The position numbers and the translations under genes are program-made. Shown in pieces: positions 9,128 through 19,189 of a stretch of 64,000 nucleotides of DNA. Source of the stretch: a virus; the IMG/VR virus record IMGVR_UViG_3300015371_000007, positions 30,547-94,546 of that record, one strand, 5' to 3'. Below the pieces are notes generated by a model. The model made no database searches. It saw only the letters and a program-made list of their open reading frames with translations, and had not been told where the DNA came from. The stretch's first letter is position 1. Every line of letters starts with the position of its first letter.

Positions 9128-10474
9128 ATGAGGAAAGTTCTGCTCCGTTGGCTCCAGAACAACACGTTCTGCTGGGCCGTGTCGGCTGTCGTGACGTTCG
9201 TGGTGTATCTGCTGATCCAGCAGGGACACGACGCACGCGGCCTCAGTTACGCCGATAACACGCTCCTGACGATTTCGATGATCACGCGCGAAGCGCTGCG
9301 GATCCTCGAAAACAACCTGTCGTTCACCAAGCGGATCAACCGCCAGTACGACGACAAGTTCGCGATCGAAGGCGCGAAGATCGGCTACGTCGTCAACGCG
9401 CGTAAGCCCGTGCGCTACATCGTGTCCACCGGCCAGGCGCTGGCCCTGCAGGATGCGACCGAGACGCAGGTTCCCGTGGCGCTCACCACGCAGGACCACG
9501 TCGACTTCCAGTTCTCCTCGGCCGACCTGAAGCTGTCGATCGACGACTTCGGGGATCGCTTCATCCAGCCTGCCGTCGCCGCGCTGGCGAACAAGATGGA
9601 TTTCAACGGGCTGCAGCTCTACAAGCAGATTTTCAACGCGGTCGGCACCCCCGGTGTCAACGTCGCCGACCTCCTGACCTATCTGCTCGCGGGCGTGAAG
9701 CTCGATAACAACGCGGCGCCGCAGGACGAGCAGCGCTACGTCGTCATCACGCCGAAGATGCAGGCGTACGTCGTCGACGCGCTGAAGGGGCTGTTCCAGC
9801 AGTCGACGGCGATCGCGACGCAGTACACGAAGGGCACGATGGGGATCGCCGGCGGCTTCACGTGGGCGATGGATCAGAACTGCCCGACCCACGTCAGCGG
9901 CACGTTCGCCGGCTCGCCGACCGTCAGCGCCGTCGCCGGCCAGACCGGCAGCTCGATCGACACGATCGCCTGGACCGCTGGCCCGTCGCTCAAGAAGGGC
10001 GACACCTTCACGATGGCGGGCGTTTTCTCGGTCAACCCGCAGTCGCGCCAGTCCACCGGCGACCTGCAGCAGTTCACCGTGACGGCCGACGTCGCGTCGG
10101 CGGGCACAACCCTGACGATCGCGATCTCGCCGCCCATCATCACCAGCGGCGCCTTCCAGACCGTCTCGAACTCGCCGGCCGCGAGCGCGGCGATCGTCTA
10201 CAACGCCGGGAGCGGCGCCTCGGGCGCGACCGGATCGTCCTCGCCCCTCGGCCTGGCGTTCCATCGCGACGCGTTCACGCTCGTCACCGCGGACCTGCCC
10301 GTGCCGAAGGGCACCGACATGGCCTCACGCGTGAGCGACAAGCAGCTCGGGATCTCGCTGCGCATCGTGCGCGACTACGACATCACGACCGACCAGTTCC
10401 CGTGCCGCATCGACGTGCTGTACGGCTGGGCGGTGCTGCGGCCTGAACTGGCCTGCCGCATTTACTCCGCGTAA
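9128..10474 (+). CDS. major capsid protein (P22 gp5 family) with ~41-aa hydrophobic N-terminal leader
   Basis: NTLLTISMITREALRILENNL, GAKIG, LAFHRDAFTLVTADL, RIDVLYGW..LRPELACR; GAGGG RBS before ATG 9128. Confidence 0.92.
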   Translation: MRKVLLRWLQNNTFCWAVSAVVTFVVYLLIQQGHDARGLSYADNTLLTISMITREALRILENNLSFTKRINRQYDDKFAIEGAKIGYVVNARKPVRYIVSTGQALALQDATETQVPVALTTQDHVDFQFSSADLKLSIDDFGDRFIQPAVAALANKMDFNGLQLYKQIFNAVGTPGVNVADLLTYLLAGVKLDNNAAPQDEQRYVVITPKMQAYVVDALKGLFQQSTAIATQYTKGTMGIAGGFTWAMDQNCPTHVSGTFAGSPTVSAVAGQTGSSIDTIAWTAGPSLKKGDTFTMAGVFSVNPQSRQSTGDLQQFTVTADVASAGTTLTIAISPPIITSGAFQTVSNSPAASAAIVYNAGSGASGATGSSSPLGLAFHRDAFTLVTADLPVPKGTDMASRVSDKQLGISLRIVRDYDITTDQFPCRIDVLYGWAVLRPELACRIYSA

Positions 10475-10499
10475 CGCGGCGCAGCAGGAGGACAGGCAC

Positions 10500-11111
10500 A
10501 TGGCTCTTACTCGGACGACTCTCTCAGGCGGCTGCTCGGCGACCGATTTCGAGATCCTGGTCGCCAGCATCGCCGGCCTCAGCGTCGGCAGTTCGCTGAA
10601 GTGCGACGGGGAACAGATGCGCGTGCAGGCGATTGGGTCGTCCGCCGCCATCCCGGTCAAGGTCCTACGGGGCGTCGGGGGCACCGCCGTGGTCGCCCAT
10701 CCGGCGAGTGCCGGCGTCGTCTTCGGCGATCCCGCGGACTTTCTCTACAAACCGCAGTCGGGCGGCAAGGGGCGCGACGTCGTCAGCTACAGCGCCTCCG
10801 GCGCGCTCACGCTGCCGGTCGCGGGGCGCGACGTGGTCGCGATCCTCAACGGCACCGGCGCGCTCGCGATGACGCTCGCCGATCCGTCGAAGGAAAACGA
10901 CGGCGACATGCTCTTCATCGCGAGCAACGGCAAGGCCGCGCATACGGTCACCACGACGACTGGCTACGGTGACGGCGGCGCGTCCTACGTGAAGTTCACG
11001 TTCGCGGCCGGCGCCCGCAACGTACTCAACCTCGTAGCCATCAACGAACGGTGGGTGACGAGCCTTATCGGCGGGACCGCCACGGCGATCACGACGACGG
11101 TCTCGGCCTAA
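10500..11111 (+). CDS. putative capsid decoration/structural protein, copy 1
   Basis: directly after coat gene; beta-rich G/A/T/S composition; paralog of next gene. Confidence 0.7.
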   Translation: MALTRTTLSGGCSATDFEILVASIAGLSVGSSLKCDGEQMRVQAIGSSAAIPVKVLRGVGGTAVVAHPASAGVVFGDPADFLYKPQSGGKGRDVVSYSASGALTLPVAGRDVVAILNGTGALAMTLADPSKENDGDMLFIASNGKAAHTVTTTTGYGDGGASYVKFTFAAGARNVLNLVAINERWVTSLIGGTATAITTTVSA

Positions 11112-11126
11112 CGGGAGGACAGGTCA

Positions 11127-11744
11127 ATGGCTCTAGTGCGGACAACTCTTTCAGGAGGCGTCGCGGCGACGGATCTGGAGATCCTGCTCGCGTCGCTCAC
11201 CGGGCTCACCGTCGGCAGCACCCTCAAGATCGACGCCGAGCAGTTTCGCGTGCAGGCGCTGCCCTCAGCCGCGACCGTACCGGTCAAGGTGTTGCGCGGC
11301 GTGAACGGCACCAACGTCGCGGCCCATCCGACCGGCGCGGGCGTCGTGGGGGGCGATCCTGCCGACTTCGTGGGCAAGCCGCTCGCGCTTTCGGGCCGCG
11401 CGCGCGACGTTATCAGCTACAGCGCCTCGGGCGCGCTGACGCTGCCGACGCCGGGCCGCGACATGGTCGCCATCCTCAACGGCACGACCTTGCGTGCGAT
11501 GACGCTGGCAGTGCCGACGAAGGAAAACGACGGCGACATCCTCATCGTCGTGGGCAACGGCAAGGCCGCGCACACGGTGACCATCAGCGGAGGCCTCGGC
11601 GCCGCTGGCGCTGGCTACACGGTCGGCACGTTCGACGTCGGCGCACAGTGCTCGATGGAGTTTATCGCGGCCAACGAGGTGTGGGTGCCGCTGGGCTCGC
11701 CCATGTCGGGCACCCTGACCGCGGCGGACGTCGCCGTCGCGTAA
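11127..11744 (+). CDS. putative capsid decoration/structural protein, copy 2
   Basis: end-to-end similar to 10500..11111 (e.g. SYSASGALTLP..GRD.VAILNGT, KENDGD). Confidence 0.7.
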   Translation: MALVRTTLSGGVAATDLEILLASLTGLTVGSTLKIDAEQFRVQALPSAATVPVKVLRGVNGTNVAAHPTGAGVVGGDPADFVGKPLALSGRARDVISYSASGALTLPTPGRDMVAILNGTTLRAMTLAVPTKENDGDILIVVGNGKAAHTVTISGGLGAAGAGYTVGTFDVGAQCSMEFIAANEVWVPLGSPMSGTLTAADVAVA

Positions 11745-11749
11745 CGGTG

Positions 11750-13531
11750 ATGACCGCGAACACGCGCGGGATGAGCGCGGCCCTGCTCGGGGCCGCGCTC
11801 CTTCTGTGGAGTGCGCCGACCGCGGCGCAGATCCTCGGACAGGACAACATCACGGCGAACGGCCAGGCGGTGGCGTTCATGGCGATCCCGGCGAACACCG
11901 GGGCCGTCACGTTCACGATCTCGGGCACGTGGACGGGCACGTTGCAGCTGGAAGTCACCGCGGACGGGACGAATTGGGTGGCGGCGGCGGCACTGCCCTC
12001 ATCCGGCGGCGCCACGGTCAGCTCGACGACAGGGACGGGCGTCTGGTCGATTCTCAACTACGGGTTCGTCGGCTTCCGCGCGCGCGCGAGCGCTTTCGCG
12101 AGCGGCACGGCGGTCATCTCAGCGACGGCAGGGAAACAGGTCACGCTCAGCGGCGCCGTCACCGTCAGCGACATCACGTCGAGCGGGCGAATACTGCTCG
12201 CCAACGGGACGGCCAACGCGCCTAGTCTCAGTTTCTCTGGCGCGACGACGAATGGGCTCTGGAACAATGCCGGCCTGCCGACCTTTTCGGTGCTCGGCTC
12301 GGCCCGCGTGGGCTGGGGCTCCAGCACGATCGGGATGCAGCTCGACTCGGCCTATCCGCTCTCGTGGAGCGGCACCACACCCGGCAACCCATCCGACGTC
12401 CTGCTCTTCCGCGACGGCGCGGGCGCGCTCGGGTTACGGCAAGGTGCGAACCAGCAGCGGGTCAACATCTATAACACCTACACCGACGCGAGTAACTACG
12501 AGCGCGGGTTCGCGTTGTGGAACGCGAATGCGTTCGTGATTGGGACGGAGTTTTTGGGCAGCGGGTCGGTGCGTTCGATGGCCTTCTCGACGCCCGCGTC
12601 GGGGAACATCTTCATGAGTCCCGGCAACTCCGACAAATGGATGTTTCAGGGGCTGGGGCACATCACGGCCGTCACCGACAACGTCTACGACATCGGCGCG
12701 AGCGGCGCGAACCGGCCGCGCAACCTCTTTCTCGGTGGCACCGTGACGGCCGGCGGCACGGTCAACACGGGCGCCAACTTCGGCATGAACTCCGGCGGGT
12801 CGATCGTGTGGGCGAGTCGGTCGGTGATCAACTCTCCTGCTGACGGCGTCGTCACGCTGTTGAATAACACGTCCACGGATTTCACGCGCCTCAATTTCGG
12901 CGGGACCACGAGCGCGTTCCCGGCCATCTTTCGCAACAGCAACTTCCTTCAGATCGGGCTGGCCGACGGCACGGGCGCGTCGACGGCGATCTCGTCGGGC
13001 AGCATCTCCAGCGGGCAGGTGCAGGTTAGCGGGCAGGCGATCACGGCTGGCTCTGGCGCGGGGATCACGCTGAACAATGCCGGCACCACGACCCGGCAGG
13101 TCTACAAGGTCACGATCACGCCCGCGGCCTTCATCTGCAACGCCGTGACGTGCGACATCACGATCGCGACGATCCCTGACAAGACGCTACTCGCGGGCGT
13201 GCTGGCGGACATGACCCAGGTCTTCGCGTGCGCCGCCGTGTGCACGAGCGCGACCTTGTCGTTCCAGCTGGGCACCGGATCTGGCGGCACCCAATTCCTC
13301 GCGTCGTTCGACGCGGATGCGGCGATCGGACGATTCGGCACCACCGACGCGCAGATGGGCACCTTGAACAACAGGGCCGCAGCCGTTCAGGGCGGGGTGT
13401 GGATTTCTGGCGGGACGCAGACCGTGGTCCTGCGATTGACGAGCGGCACGGGCGTGGTCGGCACCGGCGCGGCGACGAATCTCTCGCAGGGCAGCATCAC
13501 CTTCTATCTCATCACCGACCGACTGCCGTAG
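11750..13531 (+). CDS. beta-rich fibre-like protein with N-terminal signal peptide
   Basis: MTANTRGMSAALLGAALLLWSAPTAA/Q leader; DNVYDIGASGANRPRN and GTANAPSLSF fibre-type motifs. Confidence 0.7.
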   Translation: MTANTRGMSAALLGAALLLWSAPTAAQILGQDNITANGQAVAFMAIPANTGAVTFTISGTWTGTLQLEVTADGTNWVAAAALPSSGGATVSSTTGTGVWSILNYGFVGFRARASAFASGTAVISATAGKQVTLSGAVTVSDITSSGRILLANGTANAPSLSFSGATTNGLWNNAGLPTFSVLGSARVGWGSSTIGMQLDSAYPLSWSGTTPGNPSDVLLFRDGAGALGLRQGANQQRVNIYNTYTDASNYERGFALWNANAFVIGTEFLGSGSVRSMAFSTPASGNIFMSPGNSDKWMFQGLGHITAVTDNVYDIGASGANRPRNLFLGGTVTAGGTVNTGANFGMNSGGSIVWASRSVINSPADGVVTLLNNTSTDFTRLNFGGTTSAFPAIFRNSNFLQIGLADGTGASTAISSGSISSGQVQVSGQAITAGSGAGITLNNAGTTTRQVYKVTITPAAFICNAVTCDITIATIPDKTLLAGVLADMTQVFACAAVCTSATLSFQLGTGSGGTQFLASFDADAAIGRFGTTDAQMGTLNNRAAAVQGGVWISGGTQTVVLRLTSGTGVVGTGAATNLSQGSITFYLITDRLP

Positions 13532-13551
13532 ACCGACGAAGCGAGGTGCCT

Positions 13552-13767
13552 GTGAGTGATGACCCTGTAGTCCAACGCTATCCCGCGTGGCGCTATCACG
13601 CGACCGAACCGGCCGTGGTCGTGGAGAACGCGGAGGCTGACGAACGGCTCGGCGACGGCTGGTTCGACTCGCCAGCGCTCACGAAGCCGGCGAAGGCCGC
13701 GAAGAAAACCGAGGAGCCGGCCGAGGAGCCGGAGCCCGAGGAACCGCACCACAAGCGCCGCAAGTAA
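13552..13767 (+). CDS. small head-module protein
   Basis: GAGG RBS, GTG; YPAWRYH...LGDGWFDSP motif. Confidence 0.6.
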   Translation: MSDDPVVQRYPAWRYHATEPAVVVENAEADERLGDGWFDSPALTKPAKAAKKTEEPAEEPEPEEPHHKRRK

Positions 13768-13791
13768 CGCGCGCGGCGTGAGGGCCGCACC

Positions 13792-14526
13792 ATGACGGCA
13801 CGCGACATCATCACCGCGACGCTGCGCAGCATTCGTGTGCTCGGCGTGGGCGATACCCTTCTGGCCGAAGACGCCAATGATGCCTTCGACCGCCTGAACG
13901 ACTGGCTGGACGGGCTCGCCTTGGAGCGCCTGGCGATCTACTACGTCACGCGCACGAGCGTGCCGCTGGCGGCGAGCACGGCCACTTACACCATTGGCAC
14001 CGGCGGCGTGATCAACATCGTGCGGCCGACGCAGATCGAGGCCGCGGGCTTGATTCAGGACCCGAGCAACCCGGTCCCGTTCGAGCAGGGCGTCGAAATC
14101 TGGACGGATCAGCGTTGGCAGCAGTGCCCGAACAAGACGCTCACGAGCACCTACGTGCAGGCGATCTACTACGACCACAATTGGGTCGCCGGGCTTGGCA
14201 CGATCTACGTCTGGCCGATCCCGACCATCGGCACCACGCGGCTGGTGCTCTACACGCCGGTCGCGTTGGCGGAGTTCGCGACGCTCGATACGAACTACAC
14301 CTTCCCGCCGGGCTATCGCCGGTACATCCGCACCAACTTCGCCGCCGAGATCGCCTCGGAGTACGGCAAGCAGCTCTCGTCGGACCAAGTCGCGGCCGCG
14401 CGCCACGCGAAGGCGCAGGTCAAGCGCGCGAACATCCGCCCGGTCGAGTCGCGCGTCGATGCGGCGCTCCTGACCTCGTCTGAACAGTTCGATTGGCGGA
14501 CGGGAGACTGGAAAGGGGGACGGTGA
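13792..14526 (+). CDS. head-to-tail adaptor (P22 gp4-like position)
   Basis: MTARDIITATLRSIRVLG..., FPPGYRRYIRTNFAAEIASEYG; synteny. Confidence 0.75.
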   Translation: MTARDIITATLRSIRVLGVGDTLLAEDANDAFDRLNDWLDGLALERLAIYYVTRTSVPLAASTATYTIGTGGVINIVRPTQIEAAGLIQDPSNPVPFEQGVEIWTDQRWQQCPNKTLTSTYVQAIYYDHNWVAGLGTIYVWPIPTIGTTRLVLYTPVALAEFATLDTNYTFPPGYRRYIRTNFAAEIASEYGKQLSSDQVAAARHAKAQVKRANIRPVESRVDAALLTSSEQFDWRTGDWKGGR

Positions 14527-16697
14527 GCAACCGTGTCCCCTTCGCGGGGTTCGTCGGCAGTGCCTTCAAGGCGTCGAGTCCGCGCTTCGAGATTCAGGAC
14601 CTGTGGAACTGGTTCGTCGAGCGCGCCGAGTCGCCGGGGGCGAAGTCCGGCCAGGTGCTCTTGCCGTGTCCCGGCTTCGAGACGTTCGCGACGCTGCCGA
14701 CCTTGCCGGTGCGCGGCGTGTTCGCGCAGAACAACCGGACGTTTGCCGTGGGCGGCGACACGCTCTACGAGCTGACGCGGCTCGGCGGCATCCTCACGCG
14801 CGCGACCACGGCGATTACGACCCCGGCGACCCCGATCATTACCAACAGCCCGCTCGCGCCCGCGCTGGTGAAGGCGAATCCGCCCGTCGTCACGCACGGC
14901 GGCGCGCTGGGCTCGACCACCTACGGCTACAAGGTCACGGCGACCAACGCCTACGGCGAGACAGACGCCTCGCTGGAAGGCACGAGCCCCTACGGCAACG
15001 CCACGCTCTCGGGCACCAACTGGAACATCATCAGCTGGTCCGCGGTCGACGGCGCGACCGGGTACAAGCTCTATCGCACGACGGGCGGCGGCGCGGTGCC
15101 GGTCCTCGTGGCGGTCCTCAAGTCGACGACGCTGGTCTACAACGACCTCGGCACGTCGGGCACGGCGGCGACGCCCCCGACGAGTAACACCAGCGGCGGC
15201 ACGGTCGGCACGACGACCTACGGCTACAAGGTGACCGCGACGCTCGGCTTGGGCTCGACGGCCGCGAGCGCCGAAGGCGTGACCATCACCGGCCAGGCGA
15301 CGCTCAGCTCCACCAACTACAACATCGTCACGTGGGCGAAGGTCACCAACGCGCGGGGCTATCAGGTCTACCGCACGACCGGCACGTCGGTGGGCACGGG
15401 CACGACCGTCCACCTCCCGCCGCCGCGCCTCATCGCCACCATCGACAGCCCCGACACGCTGACGACGCAAGACATTGGCGACGATGGCGACAGCAAGACG
15501 CCGCCGACCACGAACACGACCGGCACCGCCGTCGTGCTGAACGACGGGTTGCCCGTCACCTTTTGCTCCAGCGGCGATGCCGGCGGACAGCTGTTCTTCG
15601 TGAGCGGCGGCACCGGCTACTGCTATGACCTTCGGACGGACGTCCTCGCGCCCGTGATTACCGGCGCCAACGCGAGCGGGTTCATTGACAGTTACTTCGT
15701 CTGCCTCGACGCCAACACCTCGACGCTGAAGGTCTCGGAGTCCTTCAACGGCTTCCTGTGGGACGCGACGCAGGTCTACCAGCGTGCGCGCGCGGGCGAT
15801 AAGTGGCTGTCGATGGCGGTGACCTCGAACGAGATCTGGCTCATCGGCTCGCAGACCGGCGAGGTGTGGACCGGCACCGGCAACGATGAGGCGCGCTTCA
15901 CCCCCTACACGCCCGTTTTTCTCGAGACCGGCATCATCGCGACGGCCTCGATGGTGCGCGTGGCGGGCTCGCTGATGTGGGTCGCGCAGGACAAGGACGG
16001 CGCCGGCTACGTGGTCCGCACCAGCGGGTATCAGCCGCAGCGCGTGAGCACGGTCGCCGTCGATTACTCGATCCAACGACTCCAGACCATCGCCGACGGC
16101 TACGCCTTCAGTTATCAGATGGACGGCCACGCCTTCTATGTGCTGACGTTCCCGACCGACCAAACGACCTGGGTCTACGACCTCGGGACCAACGAGTGGC
16201 ACCGCCGCGGGTATTGGGATAGCGCGGCGATGACCTATGTCGCGTACCGGCCGCAGTGTTACACGTTCGCGTTCGGCGGGCTGGGCTTCGGCACCAACCT
16301 CGTGGGCGATCGTTCGTCCGGGCGCGTCTGCCGGATGCTCACCGATGCGGGCGTGGACGTCGATGGCTCCGTGATTCGCCGGCTGCGGCAGGCGCCGCAC
16401 GTGGTCGACCACGACCAAGAGCTGACCTTCGACCGGTTGCAGATGGACATGGACGTCGGCGTCGGGCTCTCGGCGGGCCAAGGCAGCGACCCGACGATGA
16501 TGCTGTCGTACTCCAACGATGGCGGGTTGACATGGGGCAAGGAGCTGTGGCGCAGCGCCGGCCGGCAGGGCGACCGCCGGATTCAGGTGGCGTGGTCGCG
16601 GCTCGGCACGGCGAAGCTGCGCGTCTTTCGCCTCGTCGTCAGTGACCCGGTGCCGTGGCGCCTGGTCGGCGCGTGGCTGGAGCTGGAGGGCTCGTGA
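14523..16697 (+). CDS. tail stabilisation/nozzle protein (P22 gp10-like) with inserted tandem repeat domains
   Basis: GHAFYVLTFP..TWVYD...WH, DPTMMLSYSNDGG.TW, WSRLG..RVFRLVVSDPV; insertion at ~14815-15530. Confidence 0.8.
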   Translation: MSNRVPFAGFVGSAFKASSPRFEIQDLWNWFVERAESPGAKSGQVLLPCPGFETFATLPTLPVRGVFAQNNRTFAVGGDTLYELTRLGGILTRATTAITTPATPIITNSPLAPALVKANPPVVTHGGALGSTTYGYKVTATNAYGETDASLEGTSPYGNATLSGTNWNIISWSAVDGATGYKLYRTTGGGAVPVLVAVLKSTTLVYNDLGTSGTAATPPTSNTSGGTVGTTTYGYKVTATLGLGSTAASAEGVTITGQATLSSTNYNIVTWAKVTNARGYQVYRTTGTSVGTGTTVHLPPPRLIATIDSPDTLTTQDIGDDGDSKTPPTTNTTGTAVVLNDGLPVTFCSSGDAGGQLFFVSGGTGYCYDLRTDVLAPVITGANASGFIDSYFVCLDANTSTLKVSESFNGFLWDATQVYQRARAGDKWLSMAVTSNEIWLIGSQTGEVWTGTGNDEARFTPYTPVFLETGIIATASMVRVAGSLMWVAQDKDGAGYVVRTSGYQPQRVSTVAVDYSIQRLQTIADGYAFSYQMDGHAFYVLTFPTDQTTWVYDLGTNEWHRRGYWDSAAMTYVAYRPQCYTFAFGGLGFGTNLVGDRSSGRVCRMLTDAGVDVDGSVIRRLRQAPHVVDHDQELTFDRLQMDMDVGVGLSAGQGSDPTMMLSYSNDGGLTWGKELWRSAGRQGDRRIQVAWSRLGTAKLRVFRLVVSDPVPWRLVGAWLELEGS

Positions 16698-19189
16698 TCC
16701 CTCCGCCCAAGAACGCCGTCACCGATCCGCAGACCGGCCGCGTCACGGTGGAGTGGCTCAGTTGGCTGACGGACCTCGCCGACGCGGCGAGCGGCACCAC
16801 GCCGACGACGCCGACGACCCCCAGCGGCGGCGGCAGCTCCGGGAGCGGCAGCTCCTCGGCGGCGCTGCCATTCAACCTCGTGACGGGCAGCGGCACCCTC
16901 GGCGCGCTGCCGAAGTGGGTCGGCGACAAGATCCTCGGTGACTCGATCATGGCCGAGGTCGGCGGGGTCATCACCGTCGCCGGCACGCTGTCGGCGATCG
17001 GGCTGCGAGCGAGCACCGCCGACATCGCGTTACTGACGGGCACCAACCTCACGCTGAGCGGCACGCTCACGGCGGGCACGGCGAACATCAGTGGGACGAC
17101 GACCACGGGCCGACTGGTCGTGACCAACGACATCGCCTCACACCTCATCCCGTCGCTGACCGACACGTGGGATCTCGGCCGGTTCGATCGGCTGTGGAAC
17201 CAGGCCTACATTTCGCAGATCAACGCCGTGGTCTTTGCGCGCACGACGCAGACGCTCTTCGGCGGGTATTCGACGATCGGGAAGAACGCCGGCTCCTTCA
17301 CGGCCGATGTCGTCGCCGCCGACGTCACGACGATCAACTTCGGGCAGGCGATGACGCCGAACGATTTCGTGCTGGTGCGCGCCACCGACACGAGCGGCCC
17401 GACCATCAAGGCCGAGTACCTGCAGATCGGCACGTTAGTCAGCGGGACGACCTACAACGTCACGCGCGATCTCAGCGGGCTCTACGCGGCCAACGCCAAT
17501 CCGACCTGGCCGAGCGGCACGCCGTATCTCGTGCTGGGCAACAGCGGCGACGGCCGGATCGATATGTACGCGTACGACGGGCGCCCGCGCACGGTCTACA
17601 CCGTGCAGGGCGCGACCTACAACGCGCAGACGGACCGCGGCGTCATTGGGAACCTGAACGGCTACTACGGATACGTCACCAACGTCTTCGGCGCCGCGTT
17701 CGGCGACGCGACCAAGGCGTGGATCAAGATCGACGACGACCCGACGACGGGCGGGGTGAAGCTCGGGTACGGCGCGACGACCACGGTCCGGATTTCCTCG
17801 ACGGGCGCGTCGAGCTTCGAGAGCGGCATCACCATCGGCGCGACCGGCAGTCTGACAGCCGGCGGCGTCGTGCTGAATAGCTCCGGCCTGTATATCGACC
17901 CGGTCAGCGCGTCCGGCGGGGGCGCGTTTACGAATAACAACGCGGTGCGTTGGACGACCGACGTGACGTATCACACGGCGATCTGGCGGTCGGATGATAC
18001 GGCCGGAACGGCGATTAAGTACTGGAACTTCGATCAAATCAACGACTACGCCACGGTTTACTCCAAGACGTACTTCAACACTCAGCAACGGTGTGCGCCG
18101 GGCTCGGCGATCTTTTGCTGGAGTCGGATGGTGCAGTGGGGCAAAGCGATGGGGGACGCCGAGTTGCTCTTGGTCTGCAGCGCGACCGACACGGTCAGTC
18201 GCTTCGAGGCCTACATCTGGATGTGGGGCTATTACACCGGCGGCTACGGGCAACAGATCCAGATCGGTTTCGGGACCGCCCCGTCGATGAACGGCAGCGG
18301 GGGTGGAACTGGCGGCGTCTTCAGCAGCGGCCTCGTTCTCCGCAGCTCCGGCGCGGCGAACTCCGGCGCGACGGAGAACCGAGGGACGTTCACGTCGTAT
18401 GGCTGCATCTCCGTCGCCGTCGAGGGGTCGACTGACACGCAGCTGCTGAACCTGTTCCGCATCACCGTCAGCAACGACCAGTCGGGCCTCGGCCATAACC
18501 TGCGGTGGGTGAGTGGGTCCGGCTTCCATCGCGGGGATACCGGGAAGTCCGGCTGGGGGATCCGCTTCGTCGGCAGCTCCAGCGGCGATGTCTTCTACAT
18601 CGAGCGCGCCGCCGCCGGACCGGCTAACCCGCTGGCGCCCGTGCAGCTCTGGCAGATCGGGGCCACAGGCGTCGTCACTATGACCAACGCCCTCAACTTC
18701 AGCACAGACCCCGGCAGCTGGATCGACTGCGACATCGCCACACGGATCCGCATCATCAGCAGCTATTCGGGCTTGAACCGCTGGGTGACGTGGGACGGCG
18801 TGCAGTGGTACTGCGCGACTGACGGCGTCGCGAATCTCGGGCACGGCGCCGGGCGCTGGAACACGCTCTACGCAACCAACGGGACGATCAACACGTCGGA
18901 TGCGCGCACGAAGACCGACATCATCGAGACCGCTTTCGGGACCGCGTTCCTCATGGCGCTGCGGCCCATCGACTTCCGGTGGAAGAACCCAGCGTGGGAC
19001 GAGCGCCCGCATCACGGGTTCCTCGCGCAGGACGTCGCGCGCGTCGCGCCCGGCTTCGGGGGCCTGGAGTGGAACGTCGCGCACGAAGCGGTCGGCCTGA
19101 ACTACATGACCTTCATCGGCCCGTTGGTCGCGGGCTTTCAGGATCACGAAACGCGCCTCCGCGCGCTGGAGCACCGTCATGGCGAATGA
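16694..19189 (+). CDS. tail fibre/spike with C-terminal peptidase S74 intramolecular chaperone
   Basis: TSDARTKTDI...LRPIDFRWK...HGFLAQDV...LNY..F..L coiled-coil end. Confidence 0.85.
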   Translation: MIPPPKNAVTDPQTGRVTVEWLSWLTDLADAASGTTPTTPTTPSGGGSSGSGSSSAALPFNLVTGSGTLGALPKWVGDKILGDSIMAEVGGVITVAGTLSAIGLRASTADIALLTGTNLTLSGTLTAGTANISGTTTTGRLVVTNDIASHLIPSLTDTWDLGRFDRLWNQAYISQINAVVFARTTQTLFGGYSTIGKNAGSFTADVVAADVTTINFGQAMTPNDFVLVRATDTSGPTIKAEYLQIGTLVSGTTYNVTRDLSGLYAANANPTWPSGTPYLVLGNSGDGRIDMYAYDGRPRTVYTVQGATYNAQTDRGVIGNLNGYYGYVTNVFGAAFGDATKAWIKIDDDPTTGGVKLGYGATTTVRISSTGASSFESGITIGATGSLTAGGVVLNSSGLYIDPVSASGGGAFTNNNAVRWTTDVTYHTAIWRSDDTAGTAIKYWNFDQINDYATVYSKTYFNTQQRCAPGSAIFCWSRMVQWGKAMGDAELLLVCSATDTVSRFEAYIWMWGYYTGGYGQQIQIGFGTAPSMNGSGGGTGGVFSSGLVLRSSGAANSGATENRGTFTSYGCISVAVEGSTDTQLLNLFRITVSNDQSGLGHNLRWVSGSGFHRGDTGKSGWGIRFVGSSSGDVFYIERAAAGPANPLAPVQLWQIGATGVVTMTNALNFSTDPGSWIDCDIATRIRIISSYSGLNRWVTWDGVQWYCATDGVANLGHGAGRWNTLYATNGTINTSDARTKTDIIETAFGTAFLMALRPIDFRWKNPAWDERPHHGFLAQDVARVAPGFGGLEWNVAHEAVGLNYMTFIGPLVAGFQDHETRLRALEHRHGE

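Noticed and set aside
11051-11749. N-terminal extension of ORF 11051..13531
   Set aside because: Overlaps decoration gene 2 out of frame; Arg-rich non-coding reading.
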